DNA of 64,000 nt from NCBI RefSeq assembly GCF_040938485.1, contig NW_027271030.1, positions 3,534,001 to 3,598,000 of the forward strand, in the 5' to 3' direction. The notes beneath the pieces were generated by a model. The model did no database searches. It saw only the letters and a list, made by a program, of their open reading frames with translations, and had not been told where the DNA came from. Of the stretch, positions 11,248 to 24,800 are shown in pieces. Position 1 is the stretch's first letter. Each line of letters starts with the position of its first letter. The stretch is from Diadema antillarum. Lineage: Eukaryota. The position numbers were made by a program, and so were the translations under genes.

Positions 11248-14200
11248 ATGGCGGTCTTTATGTATATAGTGATAGGACTCGTAATGCTCTGCTGCTACTT
11301 CCTCTACAAGCCAGTCCCATCTGGCTTTCCAGACCCATGGAAGTATCGACTGACCGTAACAGCAGCTGAAGTCTTCATGAGTCTAGTAAGTATACATAGA
11401 ACTTTATTTTATACCTACTGCACACTGAACTATCGTATCCGGGAAGACTCGTTTAGTCCTGCGCATGGGGGTTCATTATACCTTCAGCACTGTACACCGT
11501 CTAACAAATCCTGTATCCGTATACACACGTTTGTACGTGTATTATCACGCATTCACATGGCTTGTGTAAAAGAGCGTAGACCACAACACAGAGCTTCTTC
11601 ATCCGGGGGCTTCATACACAATTATACATGGGTAATATCTAACGCACGTGCGTAAAATGGTTCGAGATATAACGCGCACAAAGCCACTGTTATTAATGTC
11701 AGCACATCGACATCTATGTACATCGTATACAATTCAACTGGTTGTTAGATTCCCGTATACTGTACTAAGTACATCAGTGCACATAGTGACGTATAGCCGA
11801 AAGCTCTATGAAATTCAAGTGCATGCTTTGAATCGTGGGCAAACAGTAACACCAAGTACGTGTTCTTGATATGTAAATAATATTCAATTATTATACAGAT
11901 ATACATGTATGTATCCACACATACTATGATTATTGTAGTAGTATAAAATCGTCTGTCTTTGATAGGATTCGCTTATAGCCATCAAGGTATGATTTTTTTT
12001 GTATATTATATACATTTATATTATACAATGTATGCTGTATGTAAATCATTTATTTACATACCTGCAATATATAATATATATATGTATATATATATACATA
12101 CTAGTATATTTATAAAACGATATAAACACAAGGAAAAGTAGAAATTACGCGGTGCGTAATATATGTCCCCGCCGGAAGTAGCATTTAGTAGCAAAATGTA
12201 CAATGTAGGTAAAAAGATGAAGGTCAAAGGTCAAAGGTCAAAATTCTATGTAGAAGTTTTGAAGCCCTCACCTAGTGCCATCACATAGAGCAAACGGAAT
12301 CGAAATCGGGATAGAAATGGCGAAGGAGTAGCATTTTGTAGCCAATGTACAATATAGGTAAAAAACTCAAGGTCAAAGAAGTCAAAGGTCAAAATTCTGT
12401 GTAGAAGTTTTGAAGCCCTCACCTAGTGCCATCACTTAAAGCAAACGGAATTGAAATCGGGTTACAAATGGCGAAGGAGTAGCATTTTGTAGCAAAATGT
12501 ACAATATAGGTCAAAAATCAAGGTCAAAGGTCAAAGAAGTCAAAGGTCAAAATTCTGTGTAGAAGTTTTGAAGCCCTCACCTAGTGCCATCACGTAAAGC
12601 AAACAGAATCAAAATCGGGATAGAAATGGCGAAGGAGTAGCATTTTGTAGCCAATGTACAATATAGGTAAAAAAATCAAGGTCAAAGAAGTCAAAGGTCA
12701 AAATTCTGTGTAGAAGTTTTGAAGCCCTCACCTAGTGCCATCACTTAAAGCAAACGGAATTGAAATCGGGTTACAAATGGCGAAGGAGTAGCATTTTGTA
12801 GCAAAATGTACAATATAGGTCAAAAATCAAGGTCAAAGGTCAAAGAAGTCAAAGGTCAAAATTCTGTGTAGAAGTTTTGAAGCCCTCACCTAGTGCCATC
12901 ACGTAAAGCAAACAGAATCAAAATCGGGTTAGAAATGGCGAAGGAGTAGCATTTTGTAGGCAATGTACAATATAGGTCAAAAATCAAGGTCAAAGGTCAA
13001 AGAAGTCAAAGGTCAAAATTCTGTGTAGAAGTTTTGAAGCCCTCACCTAGTGCCATCATATAAAGCAAACGGAATCAAAAACGGGTTAGAAATGGCGAAG
13101 GAGTAGCATTTTGAAGCAAAATGTACAATATAGGTCAAAGGTCAAGGTCAAAGGTCACAACTGAAATTCTGTATAGAAGTTTCAAAGCTCCCATGTAGTG
13201 CTACCATATAAAGCAAACAGAATCAAAATCGGGTTAGAAATGGCGAAGGAGTAGCATTTTGAACATTTTGATCACACACGGACGCACACACGGACGGACA
13301 CACGGACGGACACACGGACACACACACACGTACGGAACCCGTTTCATAGTCCCCTGCTCGAACTCGTTCGGCGGGGACAATAAGAATATTATATTATATG
13401 TATATACAGCTATAATGTTTATTGTATATGTATATTTGTCTAAATCTGCAGCTGAAATACATATTCGTGCGTGATTTCTTCTCGGTTGGATTTTTCGAAT
13501 TCATTGTCGTGTAATCTTCAAAAAAAAAAAAAAAAAGATGTCACAAAACTTGAACGGTTGCAAAATTCTGCTGCCCGATTGTTAACTTTTGCTAATAAGT
13601 TTGATTCCATGTCACCAGTTCTCCGTTCCTTACATTGGTTATATGCTGTAGAAAAAAGGATTGTTTTCAAGATTCTGTTATTAGTACATCATTCAGTTCA
13701 TTCTTTTTCCCCCGCACTGCAAAAAGTCCGGTGTTAAATAATGAACACCGAGCTGGTGTTAAATTTTCGGTGCTCATTTATGGTGTCAAATTAACACCTC
13801 CGGGTGTCATTTCCAAATATAAAACTGTTTTTAAAGAGTTTGTTAGTAACTGCACTTCTTGTTGATTTTTAATTTAAACAAGACGATCAAGAATTTTACA
13901 TTAAAATACTAGATTTTTGAAAAAAAATGTGAAAATAAATTTACACCACAGTAACACCAACTGGTATGGTCTCTTATTGAAGCTGGACGGGTGTTAAACC
14001 ATTGATATTAACACCAACAAATATCAAATCAACACCACGTGGTGTCATTTTTTAATTAACACGCAGTACAGTGTCAAAATAACACCAGGTACAGTGTCAA
14101 ATTAACACCACGAAGTGTCAGGTGAACACTTTTCAACACCATCATAGTGCATTTTCTACACCTGTAGGTGTGGTCCTCTACTGAAGTTTGATCGGTGTTA

Positions 14201-17200
14201 GATTTAACACCCATGGCGCTAAATCTAACACCGATGTTTTTACAGTGCGTATCATAAGTAATTCTGTTTAAAAATACAATCCGACACGAAGGCTACGTTC
14301 ATCATCAGATACATTCTTACTCCAAACACCAAGAGTAAAACATGGGTATGGTGATCGTGCTTTTTCCGTTATGGGACCAAAATTGTGGAATCATTTACCT
14401 CTAGAGTTAAGGGAACTGTCATCTACAGAGCCATTCAAATCCAAACTTAAAACTTATCTGTTCCTTTCATACTGAGGACTGTAATTGCTGTATGTCATTG
14501 ATATTGGATCAATATTGTATTTTAATTGGTATATGTTGTATTCTTTAATTGGTATATATTTGTTTTTGTTTACCGTTTTCTTCTTTGTTGAAATGTTTGA
14601 ATACATGTATGTATATGCATGTGAATGATATCTTTTCATTTTTGAAGCGCCATGAGCACTGAAAAGTGGACCTGTGCGCTATACAAGTAGCCACTATTGT
14701 TATTATTATTATTATTATAGATAAATGCATAATGGCACTTGAGTGTATAGGATATATGAACTTACGTGTATATTTGCTTTGTTCATTCTTGAAATCCAGA
14801 AGCAGCAATGTTTTTGTGGGTTTTTTTTTTTTGTTTAGTTTGTGTACCACAGTGCGTTCCCAAACGTTATTTTTTTCTTGCCACTCATAATGGTCAGCTT
14901 TATTTGAAAAGTATATTTAGGCAACATCCCACAATCTGTTCTCGTTTCCTTTAATCTTTGTGATCGTGATGTGTCGTTATAGTATGGTCTCAAGATGCTC
15001 ATACGTGACTTCCGGCGCCCTTCATCTTCATACGAAGTGATGATGGAGGCATGGAGCAAGAACATGACATCGACGCCGATTCCGCCAGCAGAAGTCCCCG
15101 GGTCGAACATCAAGTCCCGCCTGGATTCTTTCGGTGGGATAAAGGTCAGGGTTTACGAACCAAAAGACAGGGTGCCTGGCGTACCCCTTCCCGCTTTCCT
15201 GTACCTACATGGAGGAGGGTTAGTCATCGGAACCATAGGTACATTGTAGGCCTAACTCTAACTGTTTTTAGAGATTAACACAACACTATGCTCCGGTTTA
15301 TGCTTTGCAGAGGCTATCAGTTGAACTAGATTAAACAAAACTGGTATGGAATCCGCCTTGCAAATGAAAACGAAATGCATGCACCACGGCTCTGTGTGTT
15401 AAGCTTCCTTACAAGTGAAAACAAGAGTATTATATTTAGTGTTTGCAGTCACTCGGGAAAATGTACAGGGCTTTCAACAGTGTGACACGCTCCGCTGAAT
15501 CTGTACAGATATCCGTCATAGCCTTATTTCAGCCTAAATTTAAAGCAGTCTCATAGCTTTTTTTGTGTGTGTCGGAAAATCGCTTCTCAATGAACCCATT
15601 GAAGACGAGTCACGAGTATACTCATGTAAAGATGTTAATGGGAAATGCTTGTTGTATGGCAAAATCAGCCCGTCCTTAACGATTAAGCTAAAGAGAGAGA
15701 ACGTACGTAACCACTATTCCTATTTAAATTTTGAGCATTTTATCTTTTTGAACTCCTTCCCGAGGTAAACCTTAATAGGCCTAAAGCACATTCGAGCACT
15801 TAGTGAACTGTATGGTATAAGAGTAAATACGTATAAATGCATATATGTGACTGAATTCAAGACTAAGCACAATAAATTCGTCATAACATTCAATGCGTGG
15901 ATTCTTTTGACGTGCGTAGAATGCGATTGTGTCTCACTACCATATGACTACGACATTCTTGTGCTCCTTATTTTTTATAGGGAGAGTTCACTTAGGCCCC
16001 AAATAATCAAACATTTAGCGTTTTATAGCACTCCTCTTTCTTCCTGTGCAATGTCTTCCAAATATTCTTCCAAATAATGAAACATTTCGTTTTATAGCAC
16101 TCCTCTTTCTTCCTGTGCAATGTCTTCCAAATATTCTTCCAAATAATGAAACATTTCGTTTTATAGCACTCCTCTTTCTTCCTGTGCAATTTGAGATTAC
16201 TCTGTCTAGCAAACGTTATTAACTATGTAATATGAGAGGTTTAATAGAATTGTTATGGGAACCTTTCATATAACTAAAGTAAATCCACCGTAATATCTTG
16301 ACTACCTCTTATCTCTTCTTTTTCCCCCTCCAAATATAGACTTTTATGACAGAGGTGTGCGCATGATCACCGAACGTCTCAACATCATTGGAATTGCTGT
16401 GTCGTAAGTGATCTCATTAGGAGTACGAAAGTATCAGAATGCTCTCTCCACAATAAGTGAAACAAAAGACTTCCTTTTCAGCCTCAGGTTTAGGAGATGC
16501 TAACTTCTATACCCCAAGTATACAAGAATTGCTGCTCTACCACACAAATTCCCTCACGTGATATGACTTCCAGTCTTGTAGAAGAAATATTACGGCAGAG
16601 AGAGTTTGAAGGCTGATGTGCAATTTGAATGTTAACTACATTGGATGATAATACTGTCTTACCGAAGTAGCTGGCATGTGCGATGCCATAATCACACAAC
16701 TCTTACGATGAATTCATAAAAGATCAAATTAATGTTCACATCGTGCTTCGAGGAAAAATCTCCAAACTGTGTTCGAGATTTTGTATCGATGTGTTTTGCT
16801 CAACCACAGTCAGAGAAATTCAGAGGCAGTTGCCAGTATGCATTACTCTACTCTTGCAAGAATTCAGCAACATGTGTAAAGCTCTTCAGTCGCTTTGGAG
16901 AAGTTCCACGCTTTATCATCAAGTGAATAATGGAAACAGATCTAATGACATAAGTCAATTCAATTCAATTCAAAGTTTATTTCATTTTCCGACAAAACAT
17001 AAGTTACACTTCTTTTGACAACAGAGAATAAGGTAAACAGAACATTATGTATTGAAAAGAATGTACAACATTGAGGACCTTATAGTAATTATACATTGTT
17101 GTGAAAAAAGAAACAGAAGTGATCGAAATGAGGTACATGTATAACTTTGCTTAAAGTGCGAAAAATGGAGAGACCCACTAAAAAGACAGAGCTTGTAGAA

Positions 17201-20200
17201 TGTGGGCCCCTCTGGAAAAATAACATCAGTGGGAAGATAATTGAAGCATCATAAATACAAAAGGAAAAAGAAAAGAAAAGAAGAAGAAGAAGTCTGGAAG
17301 CCCACTGAGAATTAGATTCACAGATAAATACATTTACTTTTATAGACGCGAACGAACATAGAAAACGACTAGACAACGAAACAACTACTGAAGAAAAGGT
17401 TGTACGGGACAAAACGGAATGGACAAGACTAACAAACAGAAGACAAAATAGCAAACGAAAATGCACAACAGAGACAGCGATCTCCGACAGAAGCATGTCA
17501 AGAGAAACAGATGATAGTTGTGGAGAAAAAAAGTGATATTGTAACGCCAGAAAGGAGAAAAGCAAGGAAATGAGGGGACGTATGAACTGGAGTAAGACAG
17601 AAATTCAAGTCTTGACGCTTTGGGCGATAGCGTAGATGGCAGCAGACATCCACTAAAAAGAATACAATTTTTTCTTCAAAGAGGAAAAAAGGTAATTAAG
17701 TCAGTAAGTGAGAAAGAAGGCCAAACGGCTAGTTCAGTACTGTAGAGTCATACGATTGCAATAGAAAGGACCTCAGTCTCCTCTTGAAAGAATATATAGA
17801 TGGGGCGTTTTTTATATCATGATTCAAAGAATTCCAATAATTTGGGCCTATATAAATAAGTGTATTTTTAGCAAGGATCGTGCGTAAAAGGGGTAAATGA
17901 AATTCATTGGAACGCCTAGTGGGATATTCATGAAATGATTGGTTTTTGAGGAACATAGAATCAAAAATAGATGGAAGCAAATTGTTGCAATAATTGTACA
18001 TAAATTGGCCTAAATTATACAAAAACAGATCTTTAATTTTCAAGAGCTTGCTAGAGGCAAACAACGTGTTTGTATGAGAACGTACAGGGGAATGGCAGAT
18101 AACGCGGAGGGCTTTCTTTTGCAAGAGGGACACTCTTTCAAGTAAATTCTGATGCGTGTTGCCCCAAACTAAAACTCCATAATTCAAATGAGGCAATATT
18201 AACGACGAATATAACATAAGTAATACTTTTTGTGGAATATAAAATTTCAATCTATTTATAACACCTGTATTACGCGATATTATGTTACAAATATTATCAA
18301 CATGTGATTTCCAGGAAAGTTTATCATCCACAATGACCCCCAAGAATTTAATATTTGATACTCTTTGTAGATGAGAATCATCTAAAACTATATTTGTGTT
18401 TAAATTATCAACAGTATTACTAAAAATCATATATTTTGTTTTTTGAGCATTGAGTGATAACTTGTTAGCTCTGACCCAGTTGGTCACTTTTTGCAATTCA
18501 ATATTGATTTTGTGAACGAGAAAATCAATATCGTTATGGGCGAAAAATACATTTGTATCATCTGCGAAATGAATAAAAGAGAGATCATCAGATACGCGAC
18601 AAAAATCATTTATATAGATAATGAACAATAACGGCCCTAAAATACTTCCCTGTGGGACGCCACATTTAACTTCTCTGATAACTGAATCATTATTATTAAT
18701 TGTAACAAATTGTTTTCTATCGACTAAATAACTCTTGAACCACTCCAAGGCCTTCCCACGTACTCCATAATGCGATAACTTATAAAGTAAAATGTCATGA
18801 TTGATGGTGTCGAAGGCCTTGGAGAAGTCCAAGAAAATACTAACTAAATGAGAATGATTATCAATGGCATGAACTACTCTATCAACGAAATATAAAAGAG
18901 CATGCGAAGTACTATGTTTTTCACGAAAACCAAACTGAGAGTTCGTAAAAACTTCATGTACCTTCAAAAAATTGATCATTCTCTTATAAATAAGTTTTTC
19001 TAAAACCTTAGACAGTGAGGACAATAATGAAATTGGGCGATAATTGCTGACTACAAATTTATCGCCTTTCTTAAATATTGGTATTACTTTAGCCAATTTC
19101 ATTTTATCGGGAAACACACCGTTAAAAATTGACAAATTAAATATATGAACAAGTGGATCAGCAATCGAGGAAATAACACCCTTAAGTATAAAATTATCTA
19201 TCTCATCATAACCAGAACTTCGTTTGTTCTCAAAAGAGGAAACTATATCAATAATTTCAAATCTATTAGTCGGTGTAAAAAATATGGAATCAGAGTTGCG
19301 CTGGCCTAAAAATTCAGTAAAATGAGTTTCTGTTGCAGGAATAGTTTGAGCATAGTTTTCACCTATTTCTGAAAAATAGGAATTAAAAATATTTGCAATA
19401 TGAAGAGAATCATTAATCAATTCATCATTCATTTTAATTTTGTCAATGTCAGAGTTTTTACTCGGAACATTCATGGCCTGTTTTAGAACTTTCCAAGTAT
19501 TTTTCATATCAAACCTATATCTCGAGAATTGCTTAAAGTAATATCTTTTCTTTTCAGAACGTAAAATCATTGTCAAAGTATTTTTGTATGATGTATATCT
19601 ATTCTTCGATCGCTCAGTTTTTTCCAACTTATATTTATAATACAAACGATTTTTCCTATTAATTGAACGAAGGATTGATTTTGAGATCCAAGGTAACCTG
19701 GGTGTTTTTTTGTAATCTGTTCTATTTTTTTGTTTTGGAATTACATCATCTAAATGATGATTGAATATTTCCATAAAATTATGAAAAGATATATTGATAT
19801 CATCGCTGCCAAACACTCCTGACCAGTCAGCATTCTCGAGAGCCACATCAAAACTAGCTAACTTTTCGGGTGAAACTCTACGACTAAACAAAGGAAATGA
19901 GGGAGGTTTAATATTAGATGAAGTTTTAAGAGTAAAATAAGTCATTATTGGAAAATGATCAGTCATATCTGAAATAATTAGGAAAGAGTCGGGGAGGGGT
20001 AGAATATTACAAAAAATGTTATCAATGAGGGTGGCAGAACGATCTGTAATACGTGTGGGTTTGGAAATGAGCGGAAGAAAGGATGAGGATAAAAGTGTGT
20101 GAAGAAAATCACTAGAGATATTATCATGCTCAGATTTCAGCAAATCAATATTGAAATCGCCGAGTAAAAGGCAATCCTTATTTCGGAAAACGTGTGAATT

Positions 20201-21801
20201 TGCCAAATCTGAATAATAGGTTAAAAAATCATTAGCGTTTGAATTAGGAGGTCTGTATACAATGCCTAACATAAGATTTTTACATCCTGGGATGAGGATT
20301 TCTATAAACAAAGATTCAACCGTTTCGTCCATTCTAGAAATATCTTGATGGACAATAGTTTCAAAGGAACCTGATATGTACAATGCAACACCCCCACCAT
20401 TCTTATCAGGCCTATTATTAACAAATAAATCGTAACCATCAATTGCAAAGGAATTTTCTGCATTAGAAGTTAACCATGTTTCACTTAATCCAATAACCGA
20501 TAACGATTGACTTTCATCAGATTCTAATAAGTACTTTAAATCATCAAAATGTTTATTTAAACTCCTAATATTTAAGTGTAACAAACAAAACGTATCCTCA
20601 GAGAAGTTATGAATCATATCTTTGTATTGATTTACTGTAATATAATTGCATAACATATTTTGAGTGAAATCATTACTAAAATCATGAGGCAATTCATTTG
20701 TTCCTGTATTCAGGGTATCGGTAACAAAATCATCATAAGGGGTGGTTCCTGTACTGGTTAGCCCACTAACTGGGTCAGAGTCTAACCTAGTGTTCCTAAA
20801 CAATTCAAAAAAGTCATCATTCGATACGGAATAAAATGGAGCATTAAAAAAATTAGCCATGATTAAAGGTACGAGACGAGATTATAAAAGTCTGCGATGT
20901 CAACAAAACTAGGATGTCGTAAATAAGTGGATGATACAAGAAAATAACCAGTCGCCAGAAAGAGGCAAAACACTGGAGTAATCTACAAGTATAAATGGCG
21001 TCAAAATCACGATAAGCAGGAGATCGCTGAGGAGAAGAACGTGAAACGAGAAAGAGCAGAATAAGGTAAGTGAGAACGTTCAGAAGCATCGTCAGAGAAA
21101 GACATAGAACACACACAACACAACACAATAACAAGAATAAATCAAGTGTCTCTGTGGGCTTCCGAAAGAGGAGGACAGGGATGAGAAGGGAAGTAAAAGA
21201 ACGAGCTCGACCGGCTGTAGTCGAAAGAGGAGAAGTACAAAGACGTGAGTTGCGCTAGCGTAAGAATTCAAAGTGCTGCACAGTGCGCAAACTTGTGAAT
21301 TGCAGCATAGACACACCAACTGAAACTTTGACGGAAAAAAAAGAATCAGTAAGAGTTCAGTGGAAGCAGTATATATCGACAGCATGAATGGCTGTCCGTG
21401 CCAATCATACATTTTTGGCAAAGCCAAACATCCAAAGTTACATAAAAGGAAGAAGAAGAAGAAGAAGAAAAAAAAAAAAAAAGAACTCGCCACCTGCAAC
21501 GTTACCTTTAAATTCTTGATCACAAGGTTCATTGGAACAACATTCCATTGGTACTGTCATATGGTACATTATACACGATGTCACGTGGATGTTGCTTAAT
21601 AGTAATAATGCAAATCAAGAGAAGACATACATACACAGAAGATATTACCTAAGATTCATGAGATTCAATATAGAACATGAGGCCTTAAACCATGTCATAG
21701 AATTGAAAATATAAAGTGAAAATAGAGGTACTTGGAATTCAATAGTAGGACCACTTCAGCAATGTAACCAGGTACATGCATGTTCTGTTCATAATAGTTA
21801 A

Positions 21802-21846
<45 letters not shown>

Positions 21847-24800
21847 TTTAATAAAAAAGGAGAAACGCCTTGCGGCAGGTATGGCCTGTCTTTCGTCAAA
21901 CAAATGAATTCCCGATTAAAAGAACAGTAAGAAATAAAAAGGCTGAGATTTCATGGTGGGTTATTAGGCTGGGAGGAAAAAAAAATGACCCGTGAACTAT
22001 TATACCACCCTAAAGGGAGAGGGGAATGACTGCTTGAAATGAAAGAGTGGCAAGTGTTTTGAAGACACCCGCATACTTTGGATGGAATCATTGATAATAA
22101 AATGACAGTTTGAAAATGTTTACAAAGAATACCCCTGACAAAAAACGACAACAACAAACAAACATGGGGGTGACCCCAAGGGCTTGACCTATCCAAGGAA
22201 AAAAAAAAAAAAAAAAAAAAAAGAAACGAAACAGTTGAATTACATGGTGACGCATGGTTATATAATGACACCTTCCAAAAGAGCACCGGGATAAACTTAT
22301 AGATACATGTGAACAGAAGCCTTTGAGCCGCTCTTCAACCGCTTGGAAAGCGGGATTGGGGTAGCGTCCTGGAGGACATTAAACACATTTGCAAATAATC
22401 GAACTTTGTTGTAGAAATGACACGCTGTACGAGGTCAATGCTTAACAATGCAAATCGAGAGTAGACATTACATATACAGAGAAGAGAACATAGGATTCAT
22501 GTGGTTCAGTGAAACATCGGGTTTTAAAATGCATGTCACGGTCATCGATCGTATCTTAGAATTGAAAATAAAGAGAAAATAAGGGTAAGTGTAATTAAAT
22601 AAACGATTTTGGCGATGTAACAACAGAAAAATAAGAAAAAAAAAAAGAAATCAGCAACAAGGACTCCCGATTTAAGAACCGAGAGAATCAAAATGGCTAG
22701 AAGAATCAGAATGGCTGGTGACACATGACACCTTCAAAAGGGACATCAAGATAAACTGATAAATTCATGTGAACAGGTGCCTTGTCTGCACTTCAAAAGC
22801 TTTGAAAGGAGGTAGGAGTAGCGTCCGGAAGGACGTTTAAAACACATCACACACATTGCATAGGCAAATAATCAGACAATGTTTAGAAGCGACATGCCAT
22901 ACACAGTCAGTGCTTAACAATTCAAATCAAGTGTAGGCATTTCATAAACAAAGAGAAAAGAACCTAGAATTCATTGTGGTCCAATAAAACATCTGGTCAT
23001 TTAAATGAAGATCGCGGTCGGCCACCGTGTCTAGAATTGGAAATAAAAGAGAATAGTGGTATGTGTAAATACAACAGACCCCTTAGCAATGTAACGAGAT
23101 TCATGCATGTTCTGTTCACAGAGGTTCACAGGAGTTGCCCGTAGCAACAAAAGGAGAAAAAAAAAGACATGGGGGGGGGGGGGCTTGGCCTATCAGATGT
23201 CAAGATAACCAAATGAATTTCCGACTTAAGAACCGAAAGAAACGAAACAGCTGAATTTCGTGGCGGCACATAGTTACATTATAACACCTTGAAAGAGAAC
23301 ATCTAGATACACTGACAGTGATGAACAAGTGCCTCTGACCGCCCTTTAACCGCCTTGAAAGGGTGTAGGGGTAACGTCCGGAAGGAGGTTGAACACATTA
23401 CGTAAGCAAATAATCAGACAATGTTTTAGAAGTGACATACCGTACGTAGTCAAAGCTTAAATATACAGAAAAAAAGACATTACAGAAAGCCTTAGCTAGG
23501 ATTGTTGTGGTTCAATAGAACATAAGGTGTTAAAATGCAGATCACGGGCATCAGCCTTGTTATGGAATTGAAAATAAAAAGAAAGTTGGGGTACTTGAAA
23601 TTCAATAGACCACTACGGCAATGTAACCATATTCATATGTCCTGTTCACCAGAGCTCACAAAAGTTGCCCATAGCAACCAAAAAACATTGTGAGGCGTGG
23701 CCCGACTATAACATCAAACAAGTGAATTCCAAGCAGAAGAGGCAAAAGATACGAAACAGCTGGATTACTAGGCTGTTGGAAAAAAAAAAAAAAACATGAA
23801 CTAAATACCACCCTAAAAAAGTGGTCTAATGGTGGTAAGCTCTGAAAATATAGACAATTGCAAAAATACCATACAAAGAGTGGCGGGTTTTTGCGGTGGG
23901 CTCTGCACACTTCGGGTAAAAGTGCTGATAATGTTCTAAAATTTTCAAAGAACACCCCTAAAATGCCTAACATGGTGTTTTAAAATGTGAAGAAAATAGG
24001 GGTACATGTGGATGTAATTCAATAGACCATTTTGAACAGTGTAACGAAACTCTTGCATGTCCTGTTCACGAAAATTCACTAGAGTTGCCCATTTACGTGG
24101 GAACGTAGTGAAAAACGGATTGAGTAAAGTATAATAGGGACCAAAAAATAAATTGTAAGAGGCCTGGCTTGGCCTGTCTATAACGTCATAGATGTGAACG
24201 TCAAAGAAGTGAATACCAAGCTTATGGGCCCAAAGAAACGAAACAGCTGAACTACTTAATGCCCGGGGGCATATTGCTGTTAGGAACAGAGACGCCGGTG
24301 AACTAAATATCACCTTAAAAAAAAAGAGCGGTCAAATGATGGTAAGCACTGAATGCGGCAGATACCATGCAGATAGTAGCATTTGTTTTGTTTTGTTTCT
24401 CTCTTTTCGGTGAGCTCCCCACCCTTTGGATGAAAGTGCTAACAATGTGACTATTCTAAAATTCAAATTGTCTTGAGGGACGTTAGACAACTATTAACAT
24501 AATCCTCAGAGGAGGAGATGTAGCACAGGTACAAGAATAGTAGGACAAAAGAAAAAAAAATGTCGGTTTTATAATCAATATTTAAAGTTGTGATTCAAAT
24601 TGCGCCGCATCTTAAGTATCGGGGTAAAAGGAATAGTACGTGGCATGGCGAGTACGTCAAAAACAATTATTATAATTGAAAAATTACTTGTACTATATGA
24701 TACCCTGTTGGGCGTTAGAAAATAATTGATTGTTATTTATATACGAATAAAAAAAAATATACATATATATATAATGCCTGGGGTAGATTAGGTGAAGGGT

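Noticed and set aside
17089-17565. 158-aa hydrophobic ORF after LINE ORF2
   Set aside because: Translation of a pyrimidine-rich 3' UTR; the equivalent region of the sister LINE shows no conserved peptide.
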